Positions 43,760 through 52,715 of a stretch of 64,000 nt of DNA are shown here, piece after piece; the stretch's first letter is position 1, and every line of letters starts with the position of its first letter. The stretch covers positions 8,238 to 72,237 of the forward strand of contig DASYUW010000050.1 in the NCBI GenBank assembly GCA_036000845.1, read 5' to 3'. The notes below the pieces were generated by a model. The model saw only the letters and a program-made list of their open reading frames with translations, had not been told where the DNA came from and searched no databases. The translations under genes and the position numbers were made by a program. This stretch comes from Burkholderiales bacterium. Its GTDB lineage: Bacteria; Pseudomonadota; Gammaproteobacteria; Burkholderiales; JACQAP01.

Positions 43760-44449
43760 CTAGCGGTTGCGGACCGGATCCTGCGCCGATCCGGCGAATT
43801 CCCGGAACGCCCGGACCACCGTCGGAATGGAGGCATGGGAAAAATCCGGATAACGCAGCAGCCGGTAAGCGTACTCGCCCAGGTACATGGCAGCGACCAG
43901 AGGCAGGTTCAGCACGTTGGCAAACAACGACCAGGTCGCCAGCGGTGCCAGGGCGAACAGCAGCACCGAAGTCAGCGCCATCCCGGCGAAGAACAGGCAC
44001 CACGCCCAGGTGACGCGGCGCGTGTAGCCTTTGATTTCATCCGGCAACGCGCCGTGCACGTAAGTTGCGAGCCGCGTGATCAGCGCCTCGTTTCCAGCCC
44101 GCAGCGTACGGCCGAAATACCACAGCAGAAAAAAGTAGACCGAGACATGCGTGAGTGGGTATACGATGGCCGGGCTGGCACCGGCGGCACGCCACGCCCA
44201 CCAGCCTGCGAAAGCAGCCGCGCCCAGCGCCAGCAAACCAATCCGGCCCCGCCTTGAACGGGAAAGGAACCATACCAGCAATGCGATCAGCGGCGCCGCC
44301 ATGAGCCATTCACCCAGGCCGCTGTCCGGACGCGCCGAAACCGTCAGATGAACCAGCAACGGATAGGCGATCAGCGCCGCCGCCAGCAACACGCCGCGGC
44401 GGCGGCCGGCACGGCCGCGCCGCTCAGCGGGCTCGATGGCGTTGGACAT
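43760..44449 (-). CDS. Polytopic membrane protein of APE-type clusters (ApeG/COG4648-like)
   Basis: 229 aa with 5-6 TM helices. The position between the ACP and the ligase is as in aryl-polyene clusters. Confidence 0.55.
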   Translation of the reverse strand: MSNAIEPAERRGRAGRRRGVLLAAALIAYPLLVHLTVSARPDSGLGEWLMAAPLIALLVWFLSRSRRGRIGLLALGAAAFAGWWAWRAAGASPAIVYPLTHVSVYFFLLWYFGRTLRAGNEALITRLATYVHGALPDEIKGYTRRVTWAWCLFFAGMALTSVLLFALAPLATWSLFANVLNLPLVAAMYLGEYAYRLLRYPDFSHASIPTVVRAFREFAGSAQDPVRNR

Positions 44450-44699
44450 GCTCGTTCAGGCAGCGCAGCGAGTTGAAGGTCTTGACGTTGTCGTTGTCGT
44501 CGGATCGCAGCTGAAAACCGTATTTTTTGGATACCGCCAGGGCGATCTCCAGGATGTCGATCGAATCCAATCCCAGACCCTCGCGGTACAGGGGTGCATT
44601 CGGGTCGATCTCGCCGGCGGCAATTTCCAGGTTCAACGCCGCCACGATCAGCCCGGCAAGTTCGCGTTCCTGAGCGGTCATGGGCTCGACTGTGTCCAT
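44424..44699 (-). CDS. Acyl carrier protein
   Basis: 91 aa. GLGLDSIDILEIALAV contains the phosphopantetheine-attachment Ser (the DSxD/L motif). Confidence 0.85.
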   Translation of the reverse strand: MDTVEPMTAQERELAGLIVAALNLEIAAGEIDPNAPLYREGLGLDSIDILEIALAVSKKYGFQLRSDDNDNVKTFNSLRCLNEHVQRHRAR

Positions 44700-44891
44700 G
44701 TTCTGCGATCTTTTCCTTTGAAATTCAGCCGGTGCATGCGTCGTTTCGGATTATAACCGCTTGACTTGACCCGGGACCCGCGACGCGGCGGCGCACCCGC
44801 ACGTTGACGCACTATCCCGCGGCACGTAACCTCGCCGGCGAACCGCTGCGACGTCGCGGCCGGTCAACGCACATCAACAGGAACCCGCGCA

Positions 44892-46088
44892 GTGCAGCGT
44901 CTTTTCTTCAGCCGCATGGCGATCGCCAGCAGCGCCGGCATAGGACTCGAGGCCAGCCTGGACGCCCTGCGCGAACGGCGCTCGGGACTCGCACCCTGCA
45001 GATTCGAAACCGCGGAACTCGAGACCTGCGTCGGCCAGATACCCGACGAGCGGCTGGCGCCGGTACGCGCCGACCTGGCTGCGTTCGATTGCCGCAACAA
45101 TCGCATCGCCCAGCTTTGCCTCAGGCAGGACGGTTTCGAAAACGCGGTGATCGAGTCTCGTGAGAGGCACGGGGCCGGCCGTATCGGTGTTTTCCTGGGC
45201 ACGAGCACATCGGGGATCCTCTCGACCGAACTCGCTTATCGCCGCCGCGATCCGGCAAGCGGCGCGTTGCCGCCGGACTTTCGTTACGCCGGCACGCAGA
45301 ACAGCTTTTCGCTTGCCGGCTTCGTCCAATCCTACTTCGCCTTGACTGGTCCGGCGGTGGCGGTGTCCACCGCGTGTTCTTCGAGCGCGAAAGTATTTGG
45401 CAATGCGGCGCGCATGATAGCCGCGGGGCTGTGCGACGCCGCCCTGGTCGGCGGCGTGGACAGCCTTTGCCTGACCACGCTTTACGGTTTCGGTTCGCTG
45501 GGCCTGTTGTCTGCGTCGCCCTGCCGCCCTTTCGATGCGGAGCGCGATGGCATCTCGATCGGCGAGGGCGCAGGCTTTGTGCTGCTGGAAAAATCCGATG
45601 CGCATGCCCCGCCGGATGCGGTCAGGCTGCTCGGCATCGGCGAAAGCGGCGATGCCTACCACATGTCCTCTCCCCATCCGGACGGACTGGGCGCACGGCT
45701 GGCGATGGAACGCGCCCTGAAGGATGCGGGCACCACCCCGCAAGCAATCGACTACATCAACCTGCACGGCACCGGCACCCGGAGCAACGACGCCACCGAG
45801 GACAAGGCGGTGTTCGCGCTGTTCGGCGGCGACGCGCCGTGCAGTTCGACCAAAGGCTGGACTGGACATGCTTTGGGCGCCTGCGGCGCGATCGGGGCGA
45901 TCATCTCGGCCTTGGCGATCGAGCGCGGATTCCTTCCAGGCAGCGTGAATACGCGCACGATCGATCCATCGATGAAGGCAAGGTACCTGCTGGAAAACCG
46001 GCCCGCGAGAGCAAACCTTGTCATGAGCAACGCTTTCGGTTTCGGCGGCACCAACTGCAGCCTGGTGCTGGGACGGGCGGGCGGATGA
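44892..46088 (+). CDS. Beta-ketoacyl-ACP synthase (KS; FabB/F-like, ApeO/R-like)
   Basis: 398 aa with the active-site triad context VSTACSSS (Cys), DAYHMSSPH (His) and NLHGTGT (His). GTG start. Confidence 0.9.
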   Translation: MQRLFFSRMAIASSAGIGLEASLDALRERRSGLAPCRFETAELETCVGQIPDERLAPVRADLAAFDCRNNRIAQLCLRQDGFENAVIESRERHGAGRIGVFLGTSTSGILSTELAYRRRDPASGALPPDFRYAGTQNSFSLAGFVQSYFALTGPAVAVSTACSSSAKVFGNAARMIAAGLCDAALVGGVDSLCLTTLYGFGSLGLLSASPCRPFDAERDGISIGEGAGFVLLEKSDAHAPPDAVRLLGIGESGDAYHMSSPHPDGLGARLAMERALKDAGTTPQAIDYINLHGTGTRSNDATEDKAVFALFGGDAPCSSTKGWTGHALGACGAIGAIISALAIERGFLPGSVNTRTIDPSMKARYLLENRPARANLVMSNAFGFGGTNCSLVLGRAGG

Positions 46089-46879
46089 GAGTCTTCGTCG
46101 AGAGCGTCGGCATCCTTGCCCCGGGGCTGGCCGGATGGGCGGCAAGCCGTGCGGTGCTTGCCGGGACGGCGCCCTACCGTGCTTCCGCGCTGCAGCTCCC
46201 CAGTCTGGATGTGCTGCCTGCGGTGGAGCGTCGGCGCACCGGCCTGCCAGTCAAGCTGGCCATTGCGGTGGGACAGGACGCGCTCGTCGGCAGCGCCAGA
46301 TCGGGCGCCGAATTGCCCACGGTGTTCACTTCCTCGGGCGGTGACGGCGAAATCATCCAGGAAATTTGCGTCACCCTCGCGGGGACGGAACGGCAGGTGT
46401 CGCCGACGCGATTCCACAATTCCGTTCACAACGCGCCGTCCGGCTATTGGGGCATCGCCATGCAGTCGCGCGCGCCCTCCACTAGTCTGTGCGCATTCGA
46501 CTGGAGCTTTACGGCGGGGTTGATCGAGGCCGCTACCCAGGCGAGCGTTGCAGCGGACGCGGTCCTGATGATCGCCTACGATCTGCCTTATCCCGAACCG
46601 TTGCGCGGCGTACACCCTGTATCGGCGCCGTTCGGGGCAGCGCTGCTTCTCACCCGCGATCGTGACAGCCGTTCGATCGCCGGACTGGAACTCGTTGTCA
46701 ACCGCGATCGAAGCCGCACTTCCCGCCACGACGATGCCGGACTCGAAAGCCTGCGCCGGGGAAATTCCAGCGCGCGCGGCCTGCCGCTGCTTGCCGCGCT
46801 GGCCAGGCAGCGTCCGGACGACGTGGTGCTGGAATACGTAGCGGGAAACATGATCGACGTCGCGGTGTCGCCGTGCTGA
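46085..46879 (+). CDS. KS-like chain-length-factor partner (no catalytic Cys)
   Basis: ATGA overlap with the KS stop. MRVFVESVGILAPGL...FHNSVHNAPSGYW is typical of the truncated KS partner in APE-type clusters. Confidence 0.7.
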   Translation: MRVFVESVGILAPGLAGWAASRAVLAGTAPYRASALQLPSLDVLPAVERRRTGLPVKLAIAVGQDALVGSARSGAELPTVFTSSGGDGEIIQEICVTLAGTERQVSPTRFHNSVHNAPSGYWGIAMQSRAPSTSLCAFDWSFTAGLIEAATQASVAADAVLMIAYDLPYPEPLRGVHPVSAPFGAALLLTRDRDSRSIAGLELVVNRDRSRTSRHDDAGLESLRRGNSSARGLPLLAALARQRPDDVVLEYVAGNMIDVAVSPC

Positions 46880-47304
46880 TCGCCGGGCCCCGCATCCGCG
46901 AACTGATTCCGCACGCGGGGGCGATGTGCTTGCTGGATTCGGCGTTAAGCTGGGATGTCGAACGCATCTGTTGTACCGCGAGCAGCCACCGCGACCCCGC
47001 CAATCCGCTGCGCCGCAACGGCCGCCTCGCCGCCGTCTGCGGGATCGAGTACGCGGCACAGGCGATGGCGCTGCACGGCGCGCTCACCGCGCTGGAAGGA
47101 AGACAGGCCCCCGCAGGACTGCTCGCCAGCGTGCGCGAGTTGGTCTGCAACGTCGGCTACCTGCATGATGTGGAACGCGACCTGGTGATCGAGGCCGCGC
47201 GCCTGCTCGGCGACGAATCGCGGGTGATCTACCAGTTCCGCGTCACCGACGGCGGCAACGAATTGATCTCCGGTCGCGCCGCGGTCGTGCTCGATGTCGG
47301 TTGA
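46873..47304 (+). CDS. Hot-dog-fold 3-hydroxyacyl-ACP dehydratase (ApeP-like)
   Basis: 143 aa. The LIPHAGAMCLLD N-terminal motif and AAVCGIEYAAQAMALHG are characteristic. GTG start overlaps the upstream stop. Confidence 0.7.
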   Translation: MLIAGPRIRELIPHAGAMCLLDSALSWDVERICCTASSHRDPANPLRRNGRLAAVCGIEYAAQAMALHGALTALEGRQAPAGLLASVRELVCNVGYLHDVERDLVIEAARLLGDESRVIYQFRVTDGGNELISGRAAVVLDVG

Positions 47305-47371
47305 ACTCTCGGTCGAATCGTGTTCCGGGTTTGCAGTTTTTTTCGAGCTCTTGAATTCGCTCTGGGAAAAG

Positions 47372-47403
47372 AAAACGCCCGCTTTCGCGGGCGTATTGAT
47401 TTC
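47372..47403. terminator. Bidirectional intrinsic terminator (best for htpX on the minus strand)
   Basis: ACGCCCGC-TTTC-GCGGGCGT stem-loop. On the minus strand it is followed by TTTTCTTTTCCC. Confidence 0.7.
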
Positions 47404-47418
47404 GACGGCAGGGAGCGA

Positions 47419-48306
47419 TCAGCGCTGCGCGCGCAATGCCTCGATGCGCTCGTCGAGCGGCGGGTGCGACATGAACAGGCGCTTGATGCCCCAGCCGTCG
47501 CCGCCGTTGATGCCGAAAGCCTTGATCTGGTCCGGCAGTTGCGAAGGCATGTGCGCCTGCTTCAGCCGCCGCAGTGCGGCGATCATCTTCTCGCGGCCCG
47601 CCAGCGCAGCGCCGCCGGCATCGGCGCGGAACTCGCGCCGGCGGCTGAACCACATCACGATGATGCTGGCCAGGATGCCGAGTACCAGTTCGGCGATGAT
47701 CGAGGTGATCCAGAAAGCCGGACCGTGGCCGCGCTCGGTCTTGAAAACGGTCTTGTCGACGATGTTGCCGATAATGCGCGACAGAAAGATCACGAATGTG
47801 TTCACTACGCCCTGGATCAGCGCCAGCGTCACCATGTCGCCGTTGGCGACGTGGGTGACTTCGTGGCCGAGCACGGCTTCGGCCTCGTCGCGGGTCATGT
47901 TGCTGAGAAGTCCGGTGCTGACCGCGACCAGCGCATTGTTCTTGTTTATTCCCGTGGCAAATGCGTTGACCTCCGGCGCGTTGTAGATCGCCACCTCGGG
48001 AATCCCGATGCCGGCCTGGCGGGCCTGGCGCTGCACCGTCTGCACCAGCCACTGTTCGGCTTCGCTGCGCGGGCTGTCGATGACCTTGGCGCCGGTCATC
48101 ATCTTGGCCGACCACTTGGACATGGCGAGCGAGATAAAAGCGCCGCCGAAACCGATCACCGCGGCGAAAACCAGCAGCGCGTTCAAATCCAGTCCGCCGC
48201 CGGATTCGGCGAGGATGCGGTCCACCCCGAGCAGCCTCATGGTGATGCTCAGGACAAAGACGACCGCCAGGTTGGTAATCAGGAAAAGAACGACGCGCTT
48301 GATCAC
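47419..48306 (-). CDS. htpX: Zinc metalloprotease HtpX
   Basis: [10 protein letters not shown] (HExxH), an N-terminus [18 protein letters not shown] collinear with E. coli HtpX, and a C-terminal [10 protein letters not shown]. Start taken as GTG 48306. Confidence 0.9.
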   Translation of the reverse strand: MIKRVVLFLITNLAVVFVLSITMRLLGVDRILAESGGGLDLNALLVFAAVIGFGGAFISLAMSKWSAKMMTGAKVIDSPRSEAEQWLVQTVQRQARQAGIGIPEVAIYNAPEVNAFATGINKNNALVAVSTGLLSNMTRDEAEAVLGHEVTHVANGDMVTLALIQGVVNTFVIFLSRIIGNIVDKTVFKTERGHGPAFWITSIIAELVLGILASIIVMWFSRRREFRADAGGAALAGREKMIAALRRLKQAHMPSQLPDQIKAFGINGGDGWGIKRLFMSHPPLDERIEALRAQR

Positions 48307-48377
48307 AAGTGACCCTTTCAAATAAAAGTTGATTCTTTAGAGCAAGACCGAAACTTCCAGTTCCGCATGACAGCCCC

Positions 48378-50273
48378 TTATCCGCCAGCGGTCAATTGCT
48401 CGAGCTCGGCGGACAACACAAGCCAGCGCTCCTCCGCCTCGTGCAACCTAGCCGCCACCTGTACCTGCTCCAGCAGGCAGCGCTTCAGGTCGTCTTTGCG
48501 GCTGTCGCCGTACATATCGGGGGAGGCGATCAGCTTTTCAAGGCGCACCCTTTCGGTCCCCAGCGCCTCGATGTCCCGCTCCGCCGATTTGAGCCGCGCC
48601 TCGAGCGGCTTGCGCCGGGCAGAGCGCCGGTTGCGCTCCTCGGCTTCGAGCCGTTTCTGCTCCTTGCGGCCGACCACGGGCTCCGCAGCGGCGCTTTCGG
48701 CCTGTTCCCTGGCGCGCAGCCGTCTGGCATAGTCCTCCAGGTCGCCGTCGAAGGGCTCGACCGTGCCGCGCTCCACCAGCCACAGTTCGTCAGCGGTGGC
48801 TCGCAGCAGGCTGCGGTCGTGCGACACCAGCACCAGTGCGCCCTCGTAATCCTGGAGCCCGAGGGTCAGCGCGTGGCGCATTTCCAGGTCCAGATGGTTG
48901 GTGGGTTCGTCCAGCAGCAGCAGGTTCGGCCGTTGCCAGACGATCAGCGCCAGGGCGAGCCGGGACTTTTCGCCTCCCGACATCGGCGCCACCGGTTCGG
49001 TCACCTGATCGCCGTGGAAATCGAAACCGCCGAGAAAATTGCGCAGGTCCTGCTCGCGCGTCCTGGGCGACAGCCACATCAGGTGCCACAGCGGGCTCTC
49101 CTCGGGGCGCAACTGCTCCAGCTGGTGCTGCGCGAAGTAACCGATCTGCAGGCCTTTGCCCTCGACCCGCTCTCCGGTGAGCGGCGCCAGCGCGCCCGCC
49201 AACAACTTCATCATCGTCGACTTGCCGGCGCCGTTGCGGCCAAGCAGGCCCAGCCGGGTGCCGGCCCGCAGCGTCATCCCGATTCCGCCCAGGATGGTTG
49301 CATCGCCGTAGCCGGCTTCGACGCCGTCCAGCGTCAGCACCGGATCGGGCTGCACCACAGGCTGCCGGAACGCGAACTCGAACGGCGTATCCACGTGCGC
49401 GGCGGCGATTCTCTCCATTCGGGCGAGCGCCTTGATGCGGCTCTGCGCCTGGCGCGCCTTGGTGGCCTTGGCCTTGAAACGGTCGACGAAGGACTGCAGG
49501 TGGGCGATTTCGCGCTGCTGCTTGAGGAAAGTGGCCTGCTGCTGCGCCAGTTGCGCGGCGCGCTGCGTCTCGAACGCCGAATAATTACCCGAATACAGCC
49601 GCAGGCGTTGGCCTTCGATGTGGCAGATGGCGTCGGCCACCGCATCGAGAAAATCGCGGTCGTGCGAGATCAGCAGCAACGTCCCCGGGTAACTGGAAAG
49701 CCACTGCTCTAGCCAGACGATAGCGTCGAGGTCGAGGTGATTGGTCGGCTCGTCCAGCAGCAGAATGTCCGAGCGGCACATCAGTGCGCGCGCCAGGTTC
49801 AGCCGCACGCGCCAGCCGCCAGAGAACTGCGCGACCGGCCTGTCGATTTCGGAATACGAGAAGCCGAGGCCATGCATCAGCTGCGCTGCGCGGGCGCGCG
49901 CTGAATAAGCGCCGATGCGCTGCATGTCTTCATGCAATTCGCCGATTCGCGTGCCGTTGTGCGCCTGCTCCGCGACCAACAGTTCGCCTTCGAGTTGCCG
50001 CAGTTCCGCGTCGCCGTCGAGCACGTACTCGATCGCGGCCTGATCGGTGGCGGGAGTTTCCTGCGCAACGTGCGCGAGCACCAGCCCGGGCTGAATTTCG
50101 AACCCGCCCGCGTCCTGGTGAATCTCGTCGAGGAGCAGCGCGAACAGGCTGGACTTGCCGCTGCCGTTGGCGCCGGTGACGCCGATCTTCTGGCCGCTAT
50201 TGAAGGTGAGACTCGCGCCTGCGAACAGTAGCTTGATGCCGCGGCGAAGTTGCAGGTCGCGCAGAACGATCAT
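48378..50273 (-). CDS. yheS: ABC-F family ATPase, YheS-type
   Basis: Start MIVLRDLQLRRG at 50273. It has two ABC cassettes (GANGSGKSSL, GRNGAGKSTM; LSGGWRVRL, MSGGEKSRL), a linker and a C-terminal coiled coil. It is collinear with E. coli YheS as I recall it. Confidence 0.85.
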   Translation of the reverse strand: MIVLRDLQLRRGIKLLFAGASLTFNSGQKIGVTGANGSGKSSLFALLLDEIHQDAGGFEIQPGLVLAHVAQETPATDQAAIEYVLDGDAELRQLEGELLVAEQAHNGTRIGELHEDMQRIGAYSARARAAQLMHGLGFSYSEIDRPVAQFSGGWRVRLNLARALMCRSDILLLDEPTNHLDLDAIVWLEQWLSSYPGTLLLISHDRDFLDAVADAICHIEGQRLRLYSGNYSAFETQRAAQLAQQQATFLKQQREIAHLQSFVDRFKAKATKARQAQSRIKALARMERIAAAHVDTPFEFAFRQPVVQPDPVLTLDGVEAGYGDATILGGIGMTLRAGTRLGLLGRNGAGKSTMMKLLAGALAPLTGERVEGKGLQIGYFAQHQLEQLRPEESPLWHLMWLSPRTREQDLRNFLGGFDFHGDQVTEPVAPMSGGEKSRLALALIVWQRPNLLLLDEPTNHLDLEMRHALTLGLQDYEGALVLVSHDRSLLRATADELWLVERGTVEPFDGDLEDYARRLRAREQAESAAAEPVVGRKEQKRLEAEERNRRSARRKPLEARLKSAERDIEALGTERVRLEKLIASPDMYGDSRKDDLKRCLLEQVQVAARLHEAEERWLVLSAELEQLTAGG

Positions 50274-50312
50274 GACTTGCGAGTCAAGGGTTGAAGCGGG
50301 AGGAAACGCAGA

Positions 50313-50389
50313 TGGGGTGGCTGATGGGACTCGAACCCACGACAACCGGAATCACAATCCGGGACTCTACCAACTGAGCTACAGCCACC
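50313..50389 (-). tRNA. tRNA-His (GTG)
   Basis: Reverse complement is G-GTGGCTGTAGCTCAGTTGGTAGAGTCCCGGATTGTGATTCCGG...GGGTTCGAGTCCCATCAGCCACCCCA. It has the extra G-1, the anticodon loop TTGTGAT and an encoded CCA. Confidence 0.9.
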
Positions 50390-50417
50390 ACTGAAACGTT
50401 TGCCGCGTGGGGTGCGC

Positions 50418-50494
50418 TGGCGTGCCCGACAGGAATCGAACCTGTAACCCCCAGCTTAGAAGGCTGGTGCTCTATCCGGTTGAGCTACGGGCAC
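50418..50494 (-). tRNA. tRNA-Arg (TCT)
   Basis: Reverse complement is GTGCCCGTAGCTCAACCGGATAGAGCACCAGCCTTCTAAGCTGG...CAGGTTCGATTCCTGTCGGGCACGCCA. Anticodon loop CTTCTAA. Confidence 0.9.
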
Positions 50495-50524
50495 GACTCT
50501 GAACCGGGCACGACTCTCGCTATC

Positions 50525-50601
50525 TGGTCGGGGTGGAGAGATTCGAACTCCCGACATCCTGCTCCCAAAGCAGGCACGCTACCAGGCTGCGTTACACCCC
50601 G
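50525..50601 (-). tRNA. tRNA-Pro (TGG)
   Basis: Reverse complement is CGGGGTGTAACGCAGCCTGGTAGCGTGCCTGCTTTGGGAGCAGG...GGGAGTTCGAATCTCTCCACCCCGACCA. Anticodon loop TTTGGGA. Confidence 0.9.
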
Positions 50602-50687
50602 GAGGGTCGCAACTATACCGATCAGAGGGTTAAAGGTCAATTTGAAGGTCCCGAAGGCATTGCGTTTTCGCGGCGTTGAAACTAAGC

Positions 50688-50716
50688 TTGCACCCCCCTG
50701 CTATTTCTGCTATTAA
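50688..50716 (+). promoter_or_regulatory. Candidate sigma70 promoter of dksA (TTGCAC-17 nt-TATTAA)
   Basis: -35 at 50688-50693 and -10 at 50711-50716, with 17-nt spacing, about 30 nt upstream of the dksA ATG. Confidence 0.45.
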
Positions 50717-50745
50717 AGCGATTTTTTTTCGGACCGAACTGGCGA

Positions 50746-51168
50746 ATGACGACCGAATTTCACACGAACTTCAAGCCTTATGTGCCGAAAAAAGGCGAGG
50801 CTTACATGAATCCGAAGCAGCTCGAACACTTCAGGAAAATGCTCAATCAACTGAAGATCGAACTCTCGCAGGACATCGACCGCACGGTGCATACGATGCA
50901 GGACGAGGCGACTGTGTTCGCCGATCCGAATGATCGGGCGAGCCAGGAATCGGATATGGCCCTGGAACTGCGCAATCGCGATCGCGAGCGCAAGCTGATC
51001 AAGAAAATCGACGAAACGATCGCCAAGATCGACGCCGGCGAATATGGCTACTGCGAAAGCTGCGGCATCGAGATCGGTCTGAAGCGCCTGGAAGCACGTC
51101 CCACCGCCACCCTTTGCATCGACTGCAAGACCCTCGACGAGCTGAGGGAAAAGCAAGTGGCGAAATAA
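50746..51168 (+). CDS. dksA: RNA polymerase-binding transcription factor DksA
   Basis: 140 aa. YMNPKQLEHFRKML, coiled-coil tip acidic residues (DPNDRASQESD) and the C4 zinc finger CESCGIEIGLKRLEARPTATLCIDC. Confidence 0.95.
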   Translation: MTTEFHTNFKPYVPKKGEAYMNPKQLEHFRKMLNQLKIELSQDIDRTVHTMQDEATVFADPNDRASQESDMALELRNRDRERKLIKKIDETIAKIDAGEYGYCESCGIEIGLKRLEARPTATLCIDCKTLDELREKQVAK

Positions 51169-51340
51169 CTTCGCCGCTTGCTTTCAGTGAAGGCTAACCT
51201 GTCCCTTGGCAGGTTATGCCGGAACTAAAATCCCCACACGAAATAACTTCGCCGCTTGCTTAGTGAAGGCTAACCTGGCCACGCAGTGGTCAAGCTACGT
51301 GCGAAGCACGGCCGGACCTAAAAGCAAGTGGCGAAGTAAC
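51149..51340 (+). repeat. Repeat cluster in the dksA 3' region: two ~40-nt direct repeats plus a displaced copy of the dksA 3' end
   Basis: CGAAATAACTTCGCCGCTTGCTT(TC)AGTGAAGGCTAACCTG occurs at 51161-51201 and 51239-51277. AAAAGCAAGTGGCGAA(A/G)TAAC occurs at 51149-51169 (the dksA stop region) and 51320-51340. Confidence 0.75.
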
Positions 51341-51377
51341 ACTCGGCCGCTCAACCTCTCGCTATCCGAAACAAGTC

Positions 51378-51410
51378 AACGCCCCGCCCATGCGGGGCGT
51401 TGTCGTTTTC
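51378..51410 (+). terminator. Intrinsic terminator downstream of dksA
   Basis: AACGCCCCGC-CCAT-GCGGGGCGTT followed by GTCGTTTTCC. Confidence 0.75.
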
Positions 51411-51545
51411 CATCGGACGTCGCTAGGCGCTTGTCATGAACCGTCATATGCGGAACTTTGTGGTTGTGGCCCTTGACAAACGCATGTCAGCAACCCCAGT
51501 CCGCAACCGGCACCCCGACAACCTTGCGGCCATTTGGAGATGAAA

Positions 51546-51848
51546 ATGCTTGCGAAAATTCAGAACCCCCGCGGTATCCGCCGGCGTCTCGGCATGAATC
51601 AACAGGAATTCTGGGGGCGCATCGGCGTGACCCAGAGCGGCGGTTCGCGCTACGAAAGCGGCCGCAACATGCCAAAGCCTGTGCAGGAACTGCTGCGCGT
51701 GGTGCACGTGGATCAGATCGATCTGAAAAAAATCAACAAGAGCGACGTCGCCGTGATTTCCTATCTGAAGACCGTCGAGCCGGCGCTGTATCGCCGCCTG
51801 AAGACCGAAGCAACCAGCCACGTGTCGCGGCGCCGCGCTCGCCGCTGA
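51546..51848 (+). CDS. Small XRE-type helix-turn-helix protein
   Basis: IRRRLGMNQQEFWGRIGVTQSGGSRYESGRNMP is a Cro/C1-type HTH. Start ATG 51546 lies 6 nt after GGAG (the track start TTG 51534 is less likely). Confidence 0.65.
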   Translation: MLAKIQNPRGIRRRLGMNQQEFWGRIGVTQSGGSRYESGRNMPKPVQELLRVVHVDQIDLKKINKSDVAVISYLKTVEPALYRRLKTEATSHVSRRRARR

Positions 51849-51851
51849 CCG

Positions 51852-52715
51852 TCAGGGGGTAACCTTGACCTCCAGGCCCAGCGGGCGGATTTTGTCCGCA
51901 AAGGCGTCCAGCCACCCAAACGGGAGGGCGCTGAGGCGCTTGGCTTCCGGCTGAAACGATTGCCGCGCCAGACCGTACAGCAGCACGCCCCGCAGCGGCA
52001 GTCCTTCGGCAACACACTCGCGCAGGAAGTCGAGGTAAGCCTGTTGCTCGGCCACTTCGGGGGGGGCGCCATCGATCGCAAACACACAGGTCTGTATCCA
52101 GGTCGGGCACAGGCGCACCGCAATCTCGAGGTTTGCGCGCATCCTGGCGACGTCCGTGCGGGTATTGTTGACCTTGCGCAAGCCCGATTTGGTGGCACGG
52201 TCCACCTTGAACCACACTTGTCCGCTGAGCGCCGCCAGTTTCCTGACTCCGGCCTGAACGCCGGCGCGCTGCATCAGACTGCCATTGGTGATCAGCACCG
52301 TTTTGACCCCTGCCGGCACCCCGGTTTGTCGCCGCACCTCCCCGACCAGGTCCACCACGCTCTCGAATTCCCTGGCACTGGTCGGTTCGCCGTTCCCCGA
52401 AAGCGCAATATCGTTCAGGCGACGTGCTTCGACCGGCACGCGCGCGGAAAGGAAATCGCCGTGCAACACGTCTTGCAGAAATCCGGAGAGTTCGCGCTTG
52501 AGCTTGCCTAGATCCACCGGCGGCGGAGCGCCACGGGTGAGGCCCGGAACCTGGCAGTAGATACAACGCCAGTTGCAAGCATTGTTGACGTTGAGATTGA
52601 TACCCACGGAAACGCCGCCCGCGCGCCGAGACACCACCGGGTACACGTAGGTCAGTCCCGCGTTTGCGCGGTCATGGTCCGCAACCGTCAAGGGGCCGCG
52701 TCGTGATTCGGACAT
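51852..52715 (-). CDS. Radical SAM protein, function unknown
   Basis: 287 aa. NNACNWRCIYCQVP is the CxxxCxxC cluster motif, followed by SGNGEPT (a SAM-binding GGE-like motif). Confidence 0.8.
   Translation of the reverse strand: MSESRRGPLTVADHDRANAGLTYVYPVVSRRAGGVSVGINLNVNNACNWRCIYCQVPGLTRGAPPPVDLGKLKRELSGFLQDVLHGDFLSARVPVEARRLNDIALSGNGEPTSAREFESVVDLVGEVRRQTGVPAGVKTVLITNGSLMQRAGVQAGVRKLAALSGQVWFKVDRATKSGLRKVNNTRTDVARMRANLEIAVRLCPTWIQTCVFAIDGAPPEVAEQQAYLDFLRECVAEGLPLRGVLLYGLARQSFQPEAKRLSALPFGWLDAFADKIRPLGLEVKVTP

Noticed and set aside
44874-47059. Minus-strand ORFs 44874..46145 (423 aa) and 45752..47059 (435 aa) opposite the KS/CLF genes, and the plus-frame ORF 45374..46879 upstream part
   Set aside because: The KS frame carries the Cys-His-His active-site motifs. 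The competing frames are shadow ORFs. For 45374..46879, only the part from ATG 46085 (ATGA-coupled to the KS stop) is credible.
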